IMG/VR virus record: IMGVR_UViG_3300010269_000156
Coordinates: 1 to 44,777 of that record
Reading direction: 5' to 3' (one strand)
Source: a virus
Taxonomy: Duplodnaviria > Caudoviricetes
Length of the DNA stretch: 44,777 nucleotides
The translations under genes and the position numbers were made by a program. Positions 18,545-28,459 of the stretch are shown here, piece by piece. The notes under the pieces were generated by a model that searched no databases, was not told the DNA's origin, and saw only the letters and a program-made list of their open reading frames with translations. The first letter of the stretch is position 1; each line of letters starts with the position of its first letter.

Positions 18545-18943
18545 TTATCCTATTTGTGGTAATAATATAAAGCTGATTACATTGTTTTCGTCTTTACCAG
18601 ATGTCACTCTGCCTACCAATCTATTGTTTTCAGCTACAGTAGTGAATTTCTTTGTTGACTCCTTAAAGTACAACAGATCACCTGCTTTGTATGTGTCTGC
18701 TGCAGTTATTTGGTCAGTTTCATATTCTGCCTGTTCAATAGATATTGCTATTTCTGCAGTTTCTCCTGCTCCTGTCTTAACACTTTCCATAGCAACTCCA
18801 AAGAAACCGTCTAATAATACGAATGTTTGTGCAGCTATTTCTGTGTTCTCTGGCACTGTTACTACTACAGATTTTCCATCGCTTATTTTTGCCCTTGTAA
18901 TTGGCTTAATGGTACTTGGTACTGGTTGTCCTTTATATGCCAT
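18545..18943 (-). CDS. DUF2190-like capsid decoration/cement protein
   Basis: DGKSV, GFFGVA, GDLLYF, LVGRV motifs. Confidence 0.7.
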   Translation of the reverse strand: MAYKGQPVPSTIKPITRAKISDGKSVVVTVPENTEIAAQTFVLLDGFFGVAMESVKTGAGETAEIAISIEQAEYETDQITAADTYKAGDLLYFKESTKKFTTVAENNRLVGRVTSGKDENNVISFILLPQIG

Positions 18944-18963
18944 CTTTCATTCCTCCTTAATAA

Positions 18964-20352
18964 TTATATTTGGGCCCTTTTAGTTACAAGGCCAGATGAT
19001 GTTTTAGTTTGAGAAGTGGAACCTACTCCAGTTCCCTTGTCGATGTAATGGTCAGATAGGACCTTTTGGATGAACTCATCAGCAAGGATCTTGTCAATTT
19101 CTCCTGCTATTACTTCTTCAGAAGCTCCTTCCTCTACATTAAGCATCTTTTTAACTAGGCCTTGGGCCATTTCTCCAGATACTTTTTCTCCTATAATTTT
19201 GTTTACTGTGTCCTCGAAGTTCTTTTTCTTGGATTCATCTATAGCCTTTTTACCTTCCTTAGCCACTTCTACTACATCCATTTCTCCAGACACTCCTAAA
19301 GCTTCTTTTACTTTGTCTAGTGTTTCTTTTGCTTCTAATGCAGCCTTAACTTCTTCCATTTCTCCTGCCAATATCTCTGGTGTTATGGCCATTTCTCCTA
19401 TGACTTGACCATAGGTTATTTGGCCATTCTTGATTTGATTCTTTAGCTTTTCAACTAATTCTTGGAAAGTCACACTATTACCTCCTTCGTTATTCATTTC
19501 ACCTGCAGGTTTTGCAGGCTCATATACTCTTTTTTCCACTACTTCTGTCTTTTCTCCCAGCTTAACCTCATCATTTTCAATGGTGAACGGGATACTATAG
19601 AGTTTGGTCGGTTGATTTGGCTGTTCATGTTCTACTATGACAGTGTTGTTGTCATACCTAACACTTCTGACCCATACATAATGGCCATTGCCATGGGCAT
19701 TGAAGTAGACCTTTGCTGCCTCTCTTAAATCCTCTCTTAACTTCTCATATGTTCCATCTAATTGCTCCCCAGCTGCTAGATCATCCATTTCCATACCTAC
19801 AATCTTTGTTGGCATTCCCGGTCTATGAAGTGGAGTCCAATCTATAGATAGAGGTTCATATCCAATTACATCTATTTCTCCTGTTAGTTGGTTCTTCTTT
19901 AATTCAGGAAATCCAAAGATGGAGACCTCTTTAATTCTATTGGTCCTTATCCATCTCTTTAGGCTTTTAGCATCTGCATCTATTAATCCCCTGAAATAAG
20001 CATTATTCCCTCTCATTTCAGCACCTATCCAGTGTGTTACTGGTGGCACGAACTCTGTAGATATGTCTTCTGGTTTCTGGTGGCCAAGGAACCCATTAAG
20101 AGTATGCTCCATGACATAGTCTACAATATCCTTAAGACTTTTAGGTGTATAGTTCCAGCCTCTTTTGCTCTTGCCAGCTGGTATCTCCACTACTACCTCC
20201 AGTGGATCTTCGTCCATCTGTTTCATCTGGTCTATGTCTACACCTTTGGCCAATGGTATGTCGCTAGGCTTTATATTAGAAAGCAGTGCATTTACGCTGT
20301 CTATTTCGCCCTGTATAAGTCTTTGTTCGCCTGCTAATAGTTTTATATACAT
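18964..20352 (-). CDS. Prohead protease/scaffold fusion
   Basis: GFLGHQ, VSIFG, SIDW N-terminal domain; acidic helical C-terminal half with repeated GEM motif. Confidence 0.65.
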   Translation of the reverse strand: MYIKLLAGEQRLIQGEIDSVNALLSNIKPSDIPLAKGVDIDQMKQMDEDPLEVVVEIPAGKSKRGWNYTPKSLKDIVDYVMEHTLNGFLGHQKPEDISTEFVPPVTHWIGAEMRGNNAYFRGLIDADAKSLKRWIRTNRIKEVSIFGFPELKKNQLTGEIDVIGYEPLSIDWTPLHRPGMPTKIVGMEMDDLAAGEQLDGTYEKLREDLREAAKVYFNAHGNGHYVWVRSVRYDNNTVIVEHEQPNQPTKLYSIPFTIENDEVKLGEKTEVVEKRVYEPAKPAGEMNNEGGNSVTFQELVEKLKNQIKNGQITYGQVIGEMAITPEILAGEMEEVKAALEAKETLDKVKEALGVSGEMDVVEVAKEGKKAIDESKKKNFEDTVNKIIGEKVSGEMAQGLVKKMLNVEEGASEEVIAGEIDKILADEFIQKVLSDHYIDKGTGVGSTSQTKTSSGLVTKRAQI

Positions 20353-20404
20353 TTTCTATTTTCACCCCCTTAAATTAATGCTGTGGCCTTTCTGGGAATA
20401 CAAA

Positions 20405-21445
20405 TTAAAAGAATTGAAACTTCTCGAAGTTGTCCTGGTACCATTTTTCTAGTTGTGGATCACTTTCAGGATCCTTTGCCCAGTTTGATACTCTTTCTAT
20501 AGTTGTGTTTATGTCTTCCTGGATTTCTGTCATAATGCATAAACAATTAGGATGAAAAGGATAATCTGGTGCATGTTCTATAGGATATCCTCCAGGACCT
20601 AACCCATAATCGTCTGCCTGGGTATATACATCGCATATGTCATACTCTGGATGGCTTGCAGATAAAATAAACCTAACACCCTTATTATTTGGATTCATTG
20701 CTGCAGATTTCATTGTAGCCATACCAAAGGCAGATGTCATTTCGGTCCTGGCTAATCTTAAGGTCTCATAGCATATATCTTCAGGAACTCTTCCTTGCAT
20801 TCTGGCCATCATATTAGGATAGTCCTTGGCAAAGGTCTTGCCTCCTTGTTTGACATACTTCTCCAGGGCCCTGGCTACTGTTACACAATCCTCTCCAGTG
20901 GCCACACCTGTTACTAGGATCCTGCTGATATTCCTTCTATAGTTCTGGTTTTTATTCCAGATATAGTCGCTTAATTTAAGCCCATACCTACTTCTAGACC
21001 ACATAGCTTCTACTGCCCTGGAATTTAGTCTATAGAAAGCATTTTCTATTACACCTATAGATAACCTTGGAGCTGCTGCTTTTTTTGCAATATCTATAAG
21101 TACCTGTTTAGAATAGCTGGAACCTGCTTCTACATTCCTCTTGATATGCCTATCAAAGTTAATGGTCAGCTGGCCATTAAGATCATCAATTATCTTCTTA
21201 ATTTCCTGCTGGATCCTCTTAAGTCTTAACTCATCAAATGGATTAAGGCCACCTTTGGCAATATCCTGTGCTATTATCCTGGAGACTTCCTCATACATGG
21301 CCCTGATCTCCTGTTCCTGGTCCAATCTTAACTCCATAAACTCCCTTCTTTGCAGCAATGCCCATTTTTTATATGGACCACTATTCTCAATTAGTTTGTC
21401 TATTCCTATATTGGTACCTATTTTCTTATTCTTCATCTCCCTCAT
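20405..21445 (-). CDS. Minor head morphogenesis protein (Mu gpF/SPP1 gp7-like)
   Basis: RLARTE, DICD, PFHPNCLC motifs. Confidence 0.85.
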   Translation of the reverse strand: MREMKNKKIGTNIGIDKLIENSGPYKKWALLQRREFMELRLDQEQEIRAMYEEVSRIIAQDIAKGGLNPFDELRLKRIQQEIKKIIDDLNGQLTINFDRHIKRNVEAGSSYSKQVLIDIAKKAAAPRLSIGVIENAFYRLNSRAVEAMWSRSRYGLKLSDYIWNKNQNYRRNISRILVTGVATGEDCVTVARALEKYVKQGGKTFAKDYPNMMARMQGRVPEDICYETLRLARTEMTSAFGMATMKSAAMNPNNKGVRFILSASHPEYDICDVYTQADDYGLGPGGYPIEHAPDYPFHPNCLCIMTEIQEDINTTIERVSNWAKDPESDPQLEKWYQDNFEKFQFF

Positions 21446-22937
21446 CCTCGTCTATCAAGGCCTCGTCTATTTCTCTGACTTCATCAATCCATCCTTCATA
21501 ATCCCTATATCTGTTCCTTAATCTTCTGGTCCTCATTATCTTTTCTCTTTCTCCGACTATTTCTGGATCATTAGACTGATATTCGGACATGGTGTCAATA
21601 TACTGTGCTAGGAAGTCTACTGCAGATTCTTCTGATATGATATTGGACATAAGGGCCACATTTAAAGCTGTAGTTATATTCTTTAATGTTTCGCTTACAG
21701 CCTTATCATCTCGTGGATCTACCTCATCCCATCCTAATGCCACAGTATAATCTAAGAATTGCACTCCTCTCGCTTGACTAGACATGGCCAATACCATTCT
21801 AGCCAGCAGCTGCCATTGCTCTGCAAATTGCTCCCTCTTCCTTTTAACTTTGTTTATCATTATAGGCATTTGTTCCTTAACACTGGCCAATGCACTTGGT
21901 GTATGAACCCCAAATATAAACTCTGGTGTCTCTGATATATCTACTATACAGTAGAATATAAGTTTTAATAGGTCCTTGGCATCTCCAGTAGCACTTTTAG
22001 CCTCTATAAACTCGGCATCTTCTCCTTCTGTGAAGAATAATATCTCATGGCCATCCAGGTTAATGGTGCCACCTTCCTTGGCGAATTTCACTGGATCTTC
22101 TATGCCAAAGTTATTGGCCAAGAACTCCGTTACATTCTTAAGCTTAAGCTTTAGCTTTGGAGTACTGTGCATTTTAGATCCCTTAAGTGCATGAAGCATT
22201 ACATCGTGGTATGCTTTCACATATGGAGCTATAGGTTCTATATCCGATTGGCCATACTTCATGGTTTCGTCTGGCTCATTTTTGAAATGGATTATAGGTA
22301 TAAAACCCCATTGATTATCAAACTCACCAGCCTCTATGCCTTCTGGTCGGTCTCCTACTATCTCTATTATCCTTTTTTCTGCAGTTATCTTCTGTGTTAT
22401 TGTACAACTCCTCTTGCTGCCATCTATTTCGGTCCATTCGTGTTTACTCTCCAGGATATAGGCTATAGGTTCCCTTGTAATAGGATCCAGGATTATATCC
22501 TTAACTTCTTCAGGAGGGATGATATTATATATCAGTCTTTCTTCCTTCTCTGGATATAGAGGATTCTTTCTCTTCTCCCTAGTTATCCATACATAGCAAT
22601 CCCCTAGCTTTAAGGCATTGCTATGAGTCCTTATCATTTTAGAGGTATTCTCCAGCACAAAATCGTCTAGGACTTCTTGTGCCTCTTCATCTTCTATGGT
22701 GAAGTGAGGGACTCCCATAAAGCCTACGGTCGAATTAATCACTGGCTTTACGAATGCAGCTCCTAGCTCATATTTTGGATTCTTGTTCTGGTATAACTCC
22801 CTGGCCATTTTATAGTCTACCTTGGAGTCGTCCAATGAATAAGTGATATAAGTGGAGCCTGTTATCCTTCTCATTATTTCGCCAGATACTTTTCTCCTGA
22901 ACCAATGATATGGCTTCAGTAACTTCTCTCTAATCAT
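21426..22937 (-). CDS. Portal protein
   Basis: GFIPIIHFKN, YGQSDI, PEFIFG motifs; follows the terminase. Confidence 0.88.
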   Translation of the reverse strand: MIREKLLKPYHWFRRKVSGEIMRRITGSTYITYSLDDSKVDYKMARELYQNKNPKYELGAAFVKPVINSTVGFMGVPHFTIEDEEAQEVLDDFVLENTSKMIRTHSNALKLGDCYVWITREKRKNPLYPEKEERLIYNIIPPEEVKDIILDPITREPIAYILESKHEWTEIDGSKRSCTITQKITAEKRIIEIVGDRPEGIEAGEFDNQWGFIPIIHFKNEPDETMKYGQSDIEPIAPYVKAYHDVMLHALKGSKMHSTPKLKLKLKNVTEFLANNFGIEDPVKFAKEGGTINLDGHEILFFTEGEDAEFIEAKSATGDAKDLLKLIFYCIVDISETPEFIFGVHTPSALASVKEQMPIMINKVKRKREQFAEQWQLLARMVLAMSSQARGVQFLDYTVALGWDEVDPRDDKAVSETLKNITTALNVALMSNIISEESAVDFLAQYIDTMSEYQSNDPEIVGEREKIMRTRRLRNRYRDYEGWIDEVREIDEALIDEDEGDEE

Positions 22938-24381
22938 ACAACTTCCCTCCCTTCAATAGTGATAGATCTACATAGTCACCATCTGCAAATGAATATATAA
23001 CAGCATCTGCTCTGTCTGGTGATTCTCCTATTCTTCTCTTCATTTGGTCTTTGCTTTCTAGTTCAATCCTTCCTCTACTATCTATCTTGAATTTTCTGTT
23101 AGACAATTGCTTGATTAATGCATCGTCTTTAGGCAGCTCTATTACTCCTGGCTCTCCCTGTAGGAATTTAGAGAAGTTTTCATCCAGCAACTCTTTTAAG
23201 TTGTCCCACATTTCTGCAGCTTTATTATAATAATGGTCTGGATCATTGGCCTTGGACCCATTCTTTATAGGTGCAATGATATATCCTAGTCTCTGCTGTC
23301 TATTTACTTCTCTTAACCTATCGGTAACACCACCACCCAGGCCATCATCGTCTATTTTGATGATAACCTTATTTATTTGAGTATGTTTGCCCTTAAGTTC
23401 TTCGACTGTTCTTATGATATTTCCTACAGTCTCCATGGTGTCTTTTTTAGAGTATTGCTGCAAAGGTAATACCCTATTGCCTATCCTTGGAGCTATAATC
23501 GTCTTATCATCTCCAAATCTGGCCACATCGACACCGACATTTAATGTATAGGCCTTGCTGATATCTACTATAGTCTCTGTTGCCTGCTCTACTACCTCTA
23601 GGGAAATCAAGCTATCAGACTCGCCTTTAGGGAATTCTCCCAAGACCCTAACTCTATAGACATCGCTATCTATGCCATACTTCTTTTGCAGCATTCTTAT
23701 ATTTTCCTTGGATGTCCTTGGGCTATCTAAAGAGGATACCTTGTGAGTCTTATACATATCCCTATCGCTGTTATGGCTGTCATAAAATATCCCACTTGTC
23801 TTGGTGGGATTCCCGCATAGTAGAAGCTTATTTTCATAACCTGTAAGAGTTCCCAGTATAGCTTCCATGATATTATCAGCTACCCCAGAGGCCTCATCTA
23901 CTACAAATAGCATATAGTCCTCATGGAACCCTTGCATATTCTCTGGCCTTACTGCAGTCCTGGCAGTTGCCCACCAGCGTTCCTCGTAGCCATTCATGTA
24001 TATTTTAGTCTTGGTCCACTTGAGCAGTTTTTCTACTCTTGATTTGGATAGCCACTTTGCTATCTCTGCCCAGAGCACATCATATAACTGCTGCCTTGTT
24101 GGAGCTGTTGCTATTACCTTAGGATATGGCCTAGTGCATAAATACCAGGTTATGACTATACTCTCTAGTCCTGTTTTTCCTACTCCTTGACCAGATCTAA
24201 CTGATACCTTAGGATATTTAGCTATATCCATTAATACTTTTTCTTGCCATGGATCCGGATAAAACCCTAGCATATCCTCTGCAAACCATACAGGGTTGTC
24301 CCAGTAGTTGTCTATTAAGGTGAGTATTGCCTTGCTTGGTGTAGCAATCTCTTTGTCTGGTACTATAATCTTATTGCTCAT
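22930..24381 (-). CDS. Terminase large subunit
   Basis: SGQGVGKT Walker A, VVDEA Walker B, GNP, GVDVARFGDD and SPDRADA nuclease motifs. Confidence 0.95.
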   Translation of the reverse strand: MSNKIIVPDKEIATPSKAILTLIDNYWDNPVWFAEDMLGFYPDPWQEKVLMDIAKYPKVSVRSGQGVGKTGLESIVITWYLCTRPYPKVIATAPTRQQLYDVLWAEIAKWLSKSRVEKLLKWTKTKIYMNGYEERWWATARTAVRPENMQGFHEDYMLFVVDEASGVADNIMEAILGTLTGYENKLLLCGNPTKTSGIFYDSHNSDRDMYKTHKVSSLDSPRTSKENIRMLQKKYGIDSDVYRVRVLGEFPKGESDSLISLEVVEQATETIVDISKAYTLNVGVDVARFGDDKTIIAPRIGNRVLPLQQYSKKDTMETVGNIIRTVEELKGKHTQINKVIIKIDDDGLGGGVTDRLREVNRQQRLGYIIAPIKNGSKANDPDHYYNKAAEMWDNLKELLDENFSKFLQGEPGVIELPKDDALIKQLSNRKFKIDSRGRIELESKDQMKRRIGESPDRADAVIYSFADGDYVDLSLLKGGKLYD

Positions 24382-25240
24382 TATTACCCCGCCTCTTTGC
24401 TGCTATTTCTTCTATTGCTTTCACCCATTCCTCTGTTTCGTCTCCTGCATTGTCTCCAGTCATTCTATCTATTTCAAGCTGCAGCTTTTGTATCCTTAGC
24501 CTTTGTTCTTCTGTTGCTCCATCTCTATCTACCAGCTCATTGTACTGCTTGATTAACCCTCTTAATTCAGAAAAAGCTCTACTTTGTGTATTGAGGAATG
24601 TGGCATATCTGTCCCATGCAAATTGGAACTCCCATTCTTCCTCTTTGGTGTATGACATACCTTTGATTATCTTCCTTTTCTTGATTTCCTTTATCATCTC
24701 GTCTTTGCTTTCTACATGCATAATCTCTTGAGCTTTGATGATAGTTGCAAACTTCAACTTAATGCTATTCCATAGGATATCTAGTTGACTCATCTCTTCT
24801 ATGTCATTGAATATGTCATATACATCGGTCGGGAGATATTTAGCATAGAACCCGTGCTTTCTGGCTCTCTGGTTCCCTTTTGGTGGAGCATTACTGTTGC
24901 CCACTGCGTTCTTATTTCCTAGTTGACTGATACTCCTTTTTATATTGGCCTTGGTCTGAACTGTCTTGTTTCGGGACTTCTTCTCACCATTATTTTGAGG
25001 GTTTCCCTCTCCTGCATCCTCTTCGTTGTTATCCGTGGCAGCAGCGTTGCAACAATCCTCAAATTGTGTTGCAACATTTTCAAGGAATTCGTCCCATTTT
25101 TCTCTGTTCTTTCTGGACCTTAGAGTGGAGGCTTTTACTCCAAATTCCTTGGCCAACTCTGCTAGTTTTACCTTCTCTCCATCTACAGTTCGTCTAAGAT
25201 ATTCTTTCTTTATCTCTAGCCAGTTTGTTTCACTGCTCAT
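24371..25240 (-). CDS. Terminase small subunit (YqaS-like, N-terminal HTH)
   Basis: LAKEFGVKASTLRSRKNREKW HTH; GNKNAVGN and GNQRARKHG motifs; ATG 25240 has a strong RBS (alternative GTG at 25291). Confidence 0.85.
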   Translation of the reverse strand: MSSETNWLEIKKEYLRRTVDGEKVKLAELAKEFGVKASTLRSRKNREKWDEFLENVATQFEDCCNAAATDNNEEDAGEGNPQNNGEKKSRNKTVQTKANIKRSISQLGNKNAVGNSNAPPKGNQRARKHGFYAKYLPTDVYDIFNDIEEMSQLDILWNSIKLKFATIIKAQEIMHVESKDEMIKEIKKRKIIKGMSYTKEEEWEFQFAWDRYATFLNTQSRAFSELRGLIKQYNELVDRDGATEEQRLRIQKLQLEIDRMTGDNAGDETEEWVKAIEEIAAKRRGNNEQ

Positions 25241-25280
25241 TCCCCTCCCTCCAACTCTCTTAAGTTCTTCTAGTATGTCG

Positions 25281-25475
25281 TCATTGTCCACAAAATAAAT
25301 TCAAATAGGCTATAGCTGCCTTGATGTCTGGTTGCTTATGTTTCTTAACCTTCTTTATTTCTGTCGTATTTCCCCTCTTGTTGGCTTTTATCTCACTTTC
25401 CTCGTATTCGTATCCCACCGCAGCTTTGAATATGGACTTCTCAATCTGTGCAATATTTTTCGCTCTGTCTTCCAT
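25281..25475 (-). CDS. Small protein resembling the C-terminal half of another TerS-like family
   Basis: KAAVGYEYEE...KKHKQPDIKAAIAYL pattern recalled from phage packaging-region proteins. Confidence 0.5.
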   Translation of the reverse strand: MEDRAKNIAQIEKSIFKAAVGYEYEESEIKANKRGNTTEIKKVKKHKQPDIKAAIAYLNLFCGQ

Positions 25476-25499
25476 ATCCTCACCCCTTAATTAGAGCAA

Positions 25500-25526
25500 C
25501 AAAAAAGAACCTATTAATTAAGGTTC
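25500..25526 (-). terminator. Possible weak terminator at the end of the methylase gene
   Basis: GAACCT/AGGTTC stem followed by a T-run on the minus strand. Confidence 0.4.
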
Positions 25527-26849
25527 CAATCTAGTATAAGGTATTGTTTGTCCATCCCTGATTACTTTTATTTCTTCCTCTCCTGCTAATGCTATATATC
25601 TTTTAATTATAGCATCGCAATATCTAGGATCTAGTTCCATGGTGTAGCATATTCTGTCCATCTGTTCACTTGCAATTAATGTGCTGCCACTTCCACCGAA
25701 CAGATCCACTATAAGGTCGCCTTTTAAACTTGAATTTTTTATTAGGTAACCTAGTAGGCCCAAAGGTTTCATGGTAGGATGTAGGTCATTCCTGGTTGGC
25801 CTATCAAATCTTATTATGGATCCTGGTATGCTCTCCAGAAGCTGCTCCACTAATGCTATTAATTCCTTCTTTGATAGGTCTTCTATATCTACATCGCTTT
25901 CAATTACAGTATCTTTATTCCTTTGGCCATACCATTTATGGGCTGCTCCTTCCTTCCAGCCATATAAGATTGATTCATGTCTCCACTGGTAGTCTTGTCT
26001 ACCTATAGTTAATGAGTGCTTAACCCATACTAACCCCTGGGATAGTTTAAACCCTGCATTCATAAAAGCTTTTCGGAAGTTATAGGCCTCTGTGTCTGCG
26101 TGGAATATGTAAATAGGTGTCCCTTCCTTTGCTATTTCATACATATTGCTAAAGGATCCTATTAATAGATTATAAAAATCGTCGTCTCCTAGGTTGTCAT
26201 TTTCTATTTTCATCCCGCTTTCACTTTCATAATTAACATTATAGGGAGGATCTGTGAGTAATAGGTCCGCCTGGTCTCCATCCATCAGCCTGGCCACATC
26301 CTCCGGCCTGGTACTATCTCCACATAGTAGTCTGTGCTTACCCAGTATCCAGAGGTCTCCCTTCCTGGTTATCGGCTCCTCTTCCTTCTCCAGCTCTTCC
26401 TCCAGGTCAAAATCATCCTCTACTACCTCTGTAGTATCAAAGTTGGCCATAATGTCGTTTATTTCCTCTATCTCAAATCCGGTTAGTTCTACATCTATAT
26501 CCATGTCCTCCTGGAGATCCTTGAATATCTGATTAAGTTTCTCCTGGTCCCAGTCTCCACTTATTTTATTAAGTGCAATATTTAATGCCTTCTCCTGGCT
26601 ATCGGATAGATCTACTACACTAACCTTTACCTTAGTCTGGCCTTCATCTTTTAATATCTTTAACCTCTGGTGTCCTCCTACTACATTTCCCGTCCTGGAG
26701 TTCCAGACTATAGGTTCTACATATCCAAATTCTTTTATGGACCTTTTTAACTTTTCGTATTCTGGATCTCCTGGCTTAAGGTCCACTCTTGGATTATATT
26801 TTGCTGGATTAAGTTTATTTATATCTACTACCTGGATATTAATGTCCAT
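25518..26849 (-). CDS. ParB/Srx-domain DNA methyltransferase (N6/N4, beta class)
   Basis: YNPR...GGHQR ParB-like domain; DPPY, HPTMKP and DLFGGSGS motifs. Confidence 0.92.
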   Translation of the reverse strand: MDINIQVVDINKLNPAKYNPRVDLKPGDPEYEKLKRSIKEFGYVEPIVWNSRTGNVVGGHQRLKILKDEGQTKVKVSVVDLSDSQEKALNIALNKISGDWDQEKLNQIFKDLQEDMDIDVELTGFEIEEINDIMANFDTTEVVEDDFDLEEELEKEEEPITRKGDLWILGKHRLLCGDSTRPEDVARLMDGDQADLLLTDPPYNVNYESESGMKIENDNLGDDDFYNLLIGSFSNMYEIAKEGTPIYIFHADTEAYNFRKAFMNAGFKLSQGLVWVKHSLTIGRQDYQWRHESILYGWKEGAAHKWYGQRNKDTVIESDVDIEDLSKKELIALVEQLLESIPGSIIRFDRPTRNDLHPTMKPLGLLGYLIKNSSLKGDLIVDLFGGSGSTLIASEQMDRICYTMELDPRYCDAIIKRYIALAGEEEIKVIRDGQTIPYTRLEP

Positions 26850-26862
26850 AGTATATCACCCT

Positions 26863-27051
26863 TTAATCTGACCACTTGGTTTGTCTTATCCTTCTCCCTA
26901 TCCGTTTATAGGAATTTTGTTTCATTAAGTTTTCGGGACGATCCCCCAGTTCAACATCTTTCTTTGGTTTTTTCTCTGGCTTAAATGAATTCTTAAGCTT
27001 TTTATACATATCCAAATCTTTATGCTTTATTTGATCCGATATCTTAAACAC
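26863..27051 (-). CDS. Small basic hypothetical protein
   Basis: Likely start GTG 27051 behind an AAGGGGG RBS. Confidence 0.6.
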   Translation of the reverse strand: MFKISDQIKHKDLDMYKKLKNSFKPEKKPKKDVELGDRPENLMKQNSYKRIGRRIRQTKWSD

Positions 27052-27073
27052 AATTCCCACCCCTTTATATTGA

Positions 27074-27109
27074 TAAATAAAAATGGATGCGTCTTTTCTC
27101 GACACATCC
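27074..27109 (-). terminator. Terminator-like hairpin between the late activator and late operon
   Basis: GGATGTGTC-7nt-GACGCATCC (one G-U pair) followed by ATTTTTATTT. Confidence 0.65.
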
Positions 27110-27190
27110 TTCTATGTTTGCAATATTTTTCTATTTTCTATTATTTCATATAATTTCATATCCAACTTCCTTTGATTAGGCATTTTTTTC

Positions 27191-27673
27191 CTATCTTTCT
27201 CCCACTTTTTCCCCAGCATCAGTGGTCCCATTGATGGTAAACAGTATTTTATCCATTGCTTTACATCTTAGTTCCTGGCACCAACTAGTGGAGTAATTTG
27301 TCTTCATTGAGACTTGGACCCATGTCATATCCTCTATATAAAACAGTGTTATAATCTCTCTTTCGGTTTCAGTCAGGGCTGATAATGCATTGTCTATCAT
27401 TTTTAATTTATTAGTTTCTCTTGCTATATTTTTCTTTAGGCCTTTCTTAATTCTCTCTTTTGCCTCTATGTTTTTAATAGTTGCATTTTCAACCACACTA
27501 TTAAATTTATTGGTTTTAGAGCTTGGCTCTCCATATGTAATCGCAGATACTCCGTCTTCTAGATCCTCTAGCTCCAAGTTCTCTAGTCTTAACTTGTTAT
27601 TTTCTATGGAGGCTTTTATCAATTTGTAGTTATATAGTATTCCTTCCACCTGGCTATAGCTCATTACATCCAT
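27191..27673 (-). CDS. Late transcriptional activator (ArpU/RinA-like, sigma region-4 HTH)
   Basis: ALSALTETEREIITLFYIEDMTWVQVS; last early gene before the packaging module. Confidence 0.82.
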   Translation of the reverse strand: MDVMSYSQVEGILYNYKLIKASIENNKLRLENLELEDLEDGVSAITYGEPSSKTNKFNSVVENATIKNIEAKERIKKGLKKNIARETNKLKMIDNALSALTETEREIITLFYIEDMTWVQVSMKTNYSTSWCQELRCKAMDKILFTINGTTDAGEKVGER

Positions 27674-27683
27674 ATGACCTCTC

Positions 27684-28376
27684 CTAAGTGATATCCTCAA
27701 GTGTCAATCCCAGATCCTTTAAGGTTTCATCATCTATTGTTATCCCATATATTTTGTACTTGTCGAATATTTCTGTTTCCCCTTCCTTGTGGACCCTGTC
27801 ATGCCACTCCCTTGAAAGGGCCATTAATTCCAGCCCCCTATGGCTTATCCTCTTTCTATTTCTACCCATTCCAACCCTGGAACCTTCTACATGGTGTATA
27901 TCTGCTCCCAGTTTCCCGGTTATGCAGCACTTCCTGTATTTAATACATAGATATAGGTATCTGTCTATATCGTCTGTTCGGTTTAGTCCTATATCTGTTA
28001 GTGGGATGTCCCATTTTAATATAAAATCTATTATGTGATTTATGAACTCCCTAGCTGTCGATATACTGCAGTTGGAGAGGGAGAAAGGCTCTTCTCCAGT
28101 TGTCGCACAGTAGTCGTATTTCAAGTATTCTTTTAGGTACTCTGGATCATCTCCTATAAAATATGATATGTCCCTTATGGTAGCATAGATTTTCTTCCTC
28201 TGGTCTACGGTTATGGTTCTACCGTCGTTTATTTTCAGTTCTGCGTCTATTCCATCCATACCTCTTATCTTATACTTTGATATTCTCCTACCCACCTTCT
28301 CCCCAGGAATAGTAATGATAAGGTCCGTTCCCTGGTCCGTTTCTCTAATTTGTCTTATCTTTGAGAAGTATTGCAC
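27684..28376 (-). CDS. Putative HNHc-type nuclease
   Basis: QRKKIYA, CCITG, DIHH, VGMGRNR, LSREWH..VH motifs. Confidence 0.75.
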   Translation of the reverse strand: MQYFSKIRQIRETDQGTDLIITIPGEKVGRRISKYKIRGMDGIDAELKINDGRTITVDQRKKIYATIRDISYFIGDDPEYLKEYLKYDYCATTGEEPFSLSNCSISTAREFINHIIDFILKWDIPLTDIGLNRTDDIDRYLYLCIKYRKCCITGKLGADIHHVEGSRVGMGRNRKRISHRGLELMALSREWHDRVHKEGETEIFDKYKIYGITIDDETLKDLGLTLEDIT

Positions 28377-28411
28377 CTCTTCCCCCTCCTTCTATTCAAA
28401 ATAGACCACCT

Positions 28412-28459
28412 TTACCACGGAAACTCTTGAATGAAGTCTTGTCCCATCAATTCTCTTAA
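28412..28459 (-). pseudogene. C-terminal remnant of a DUF5131 gene
   Basis: LRELMGQDFIQEFPW* vs LKELMGDNFIQEWP of 32154..32954 (10/14 identical), with matching DNA similarity. Confidence 0.65.
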
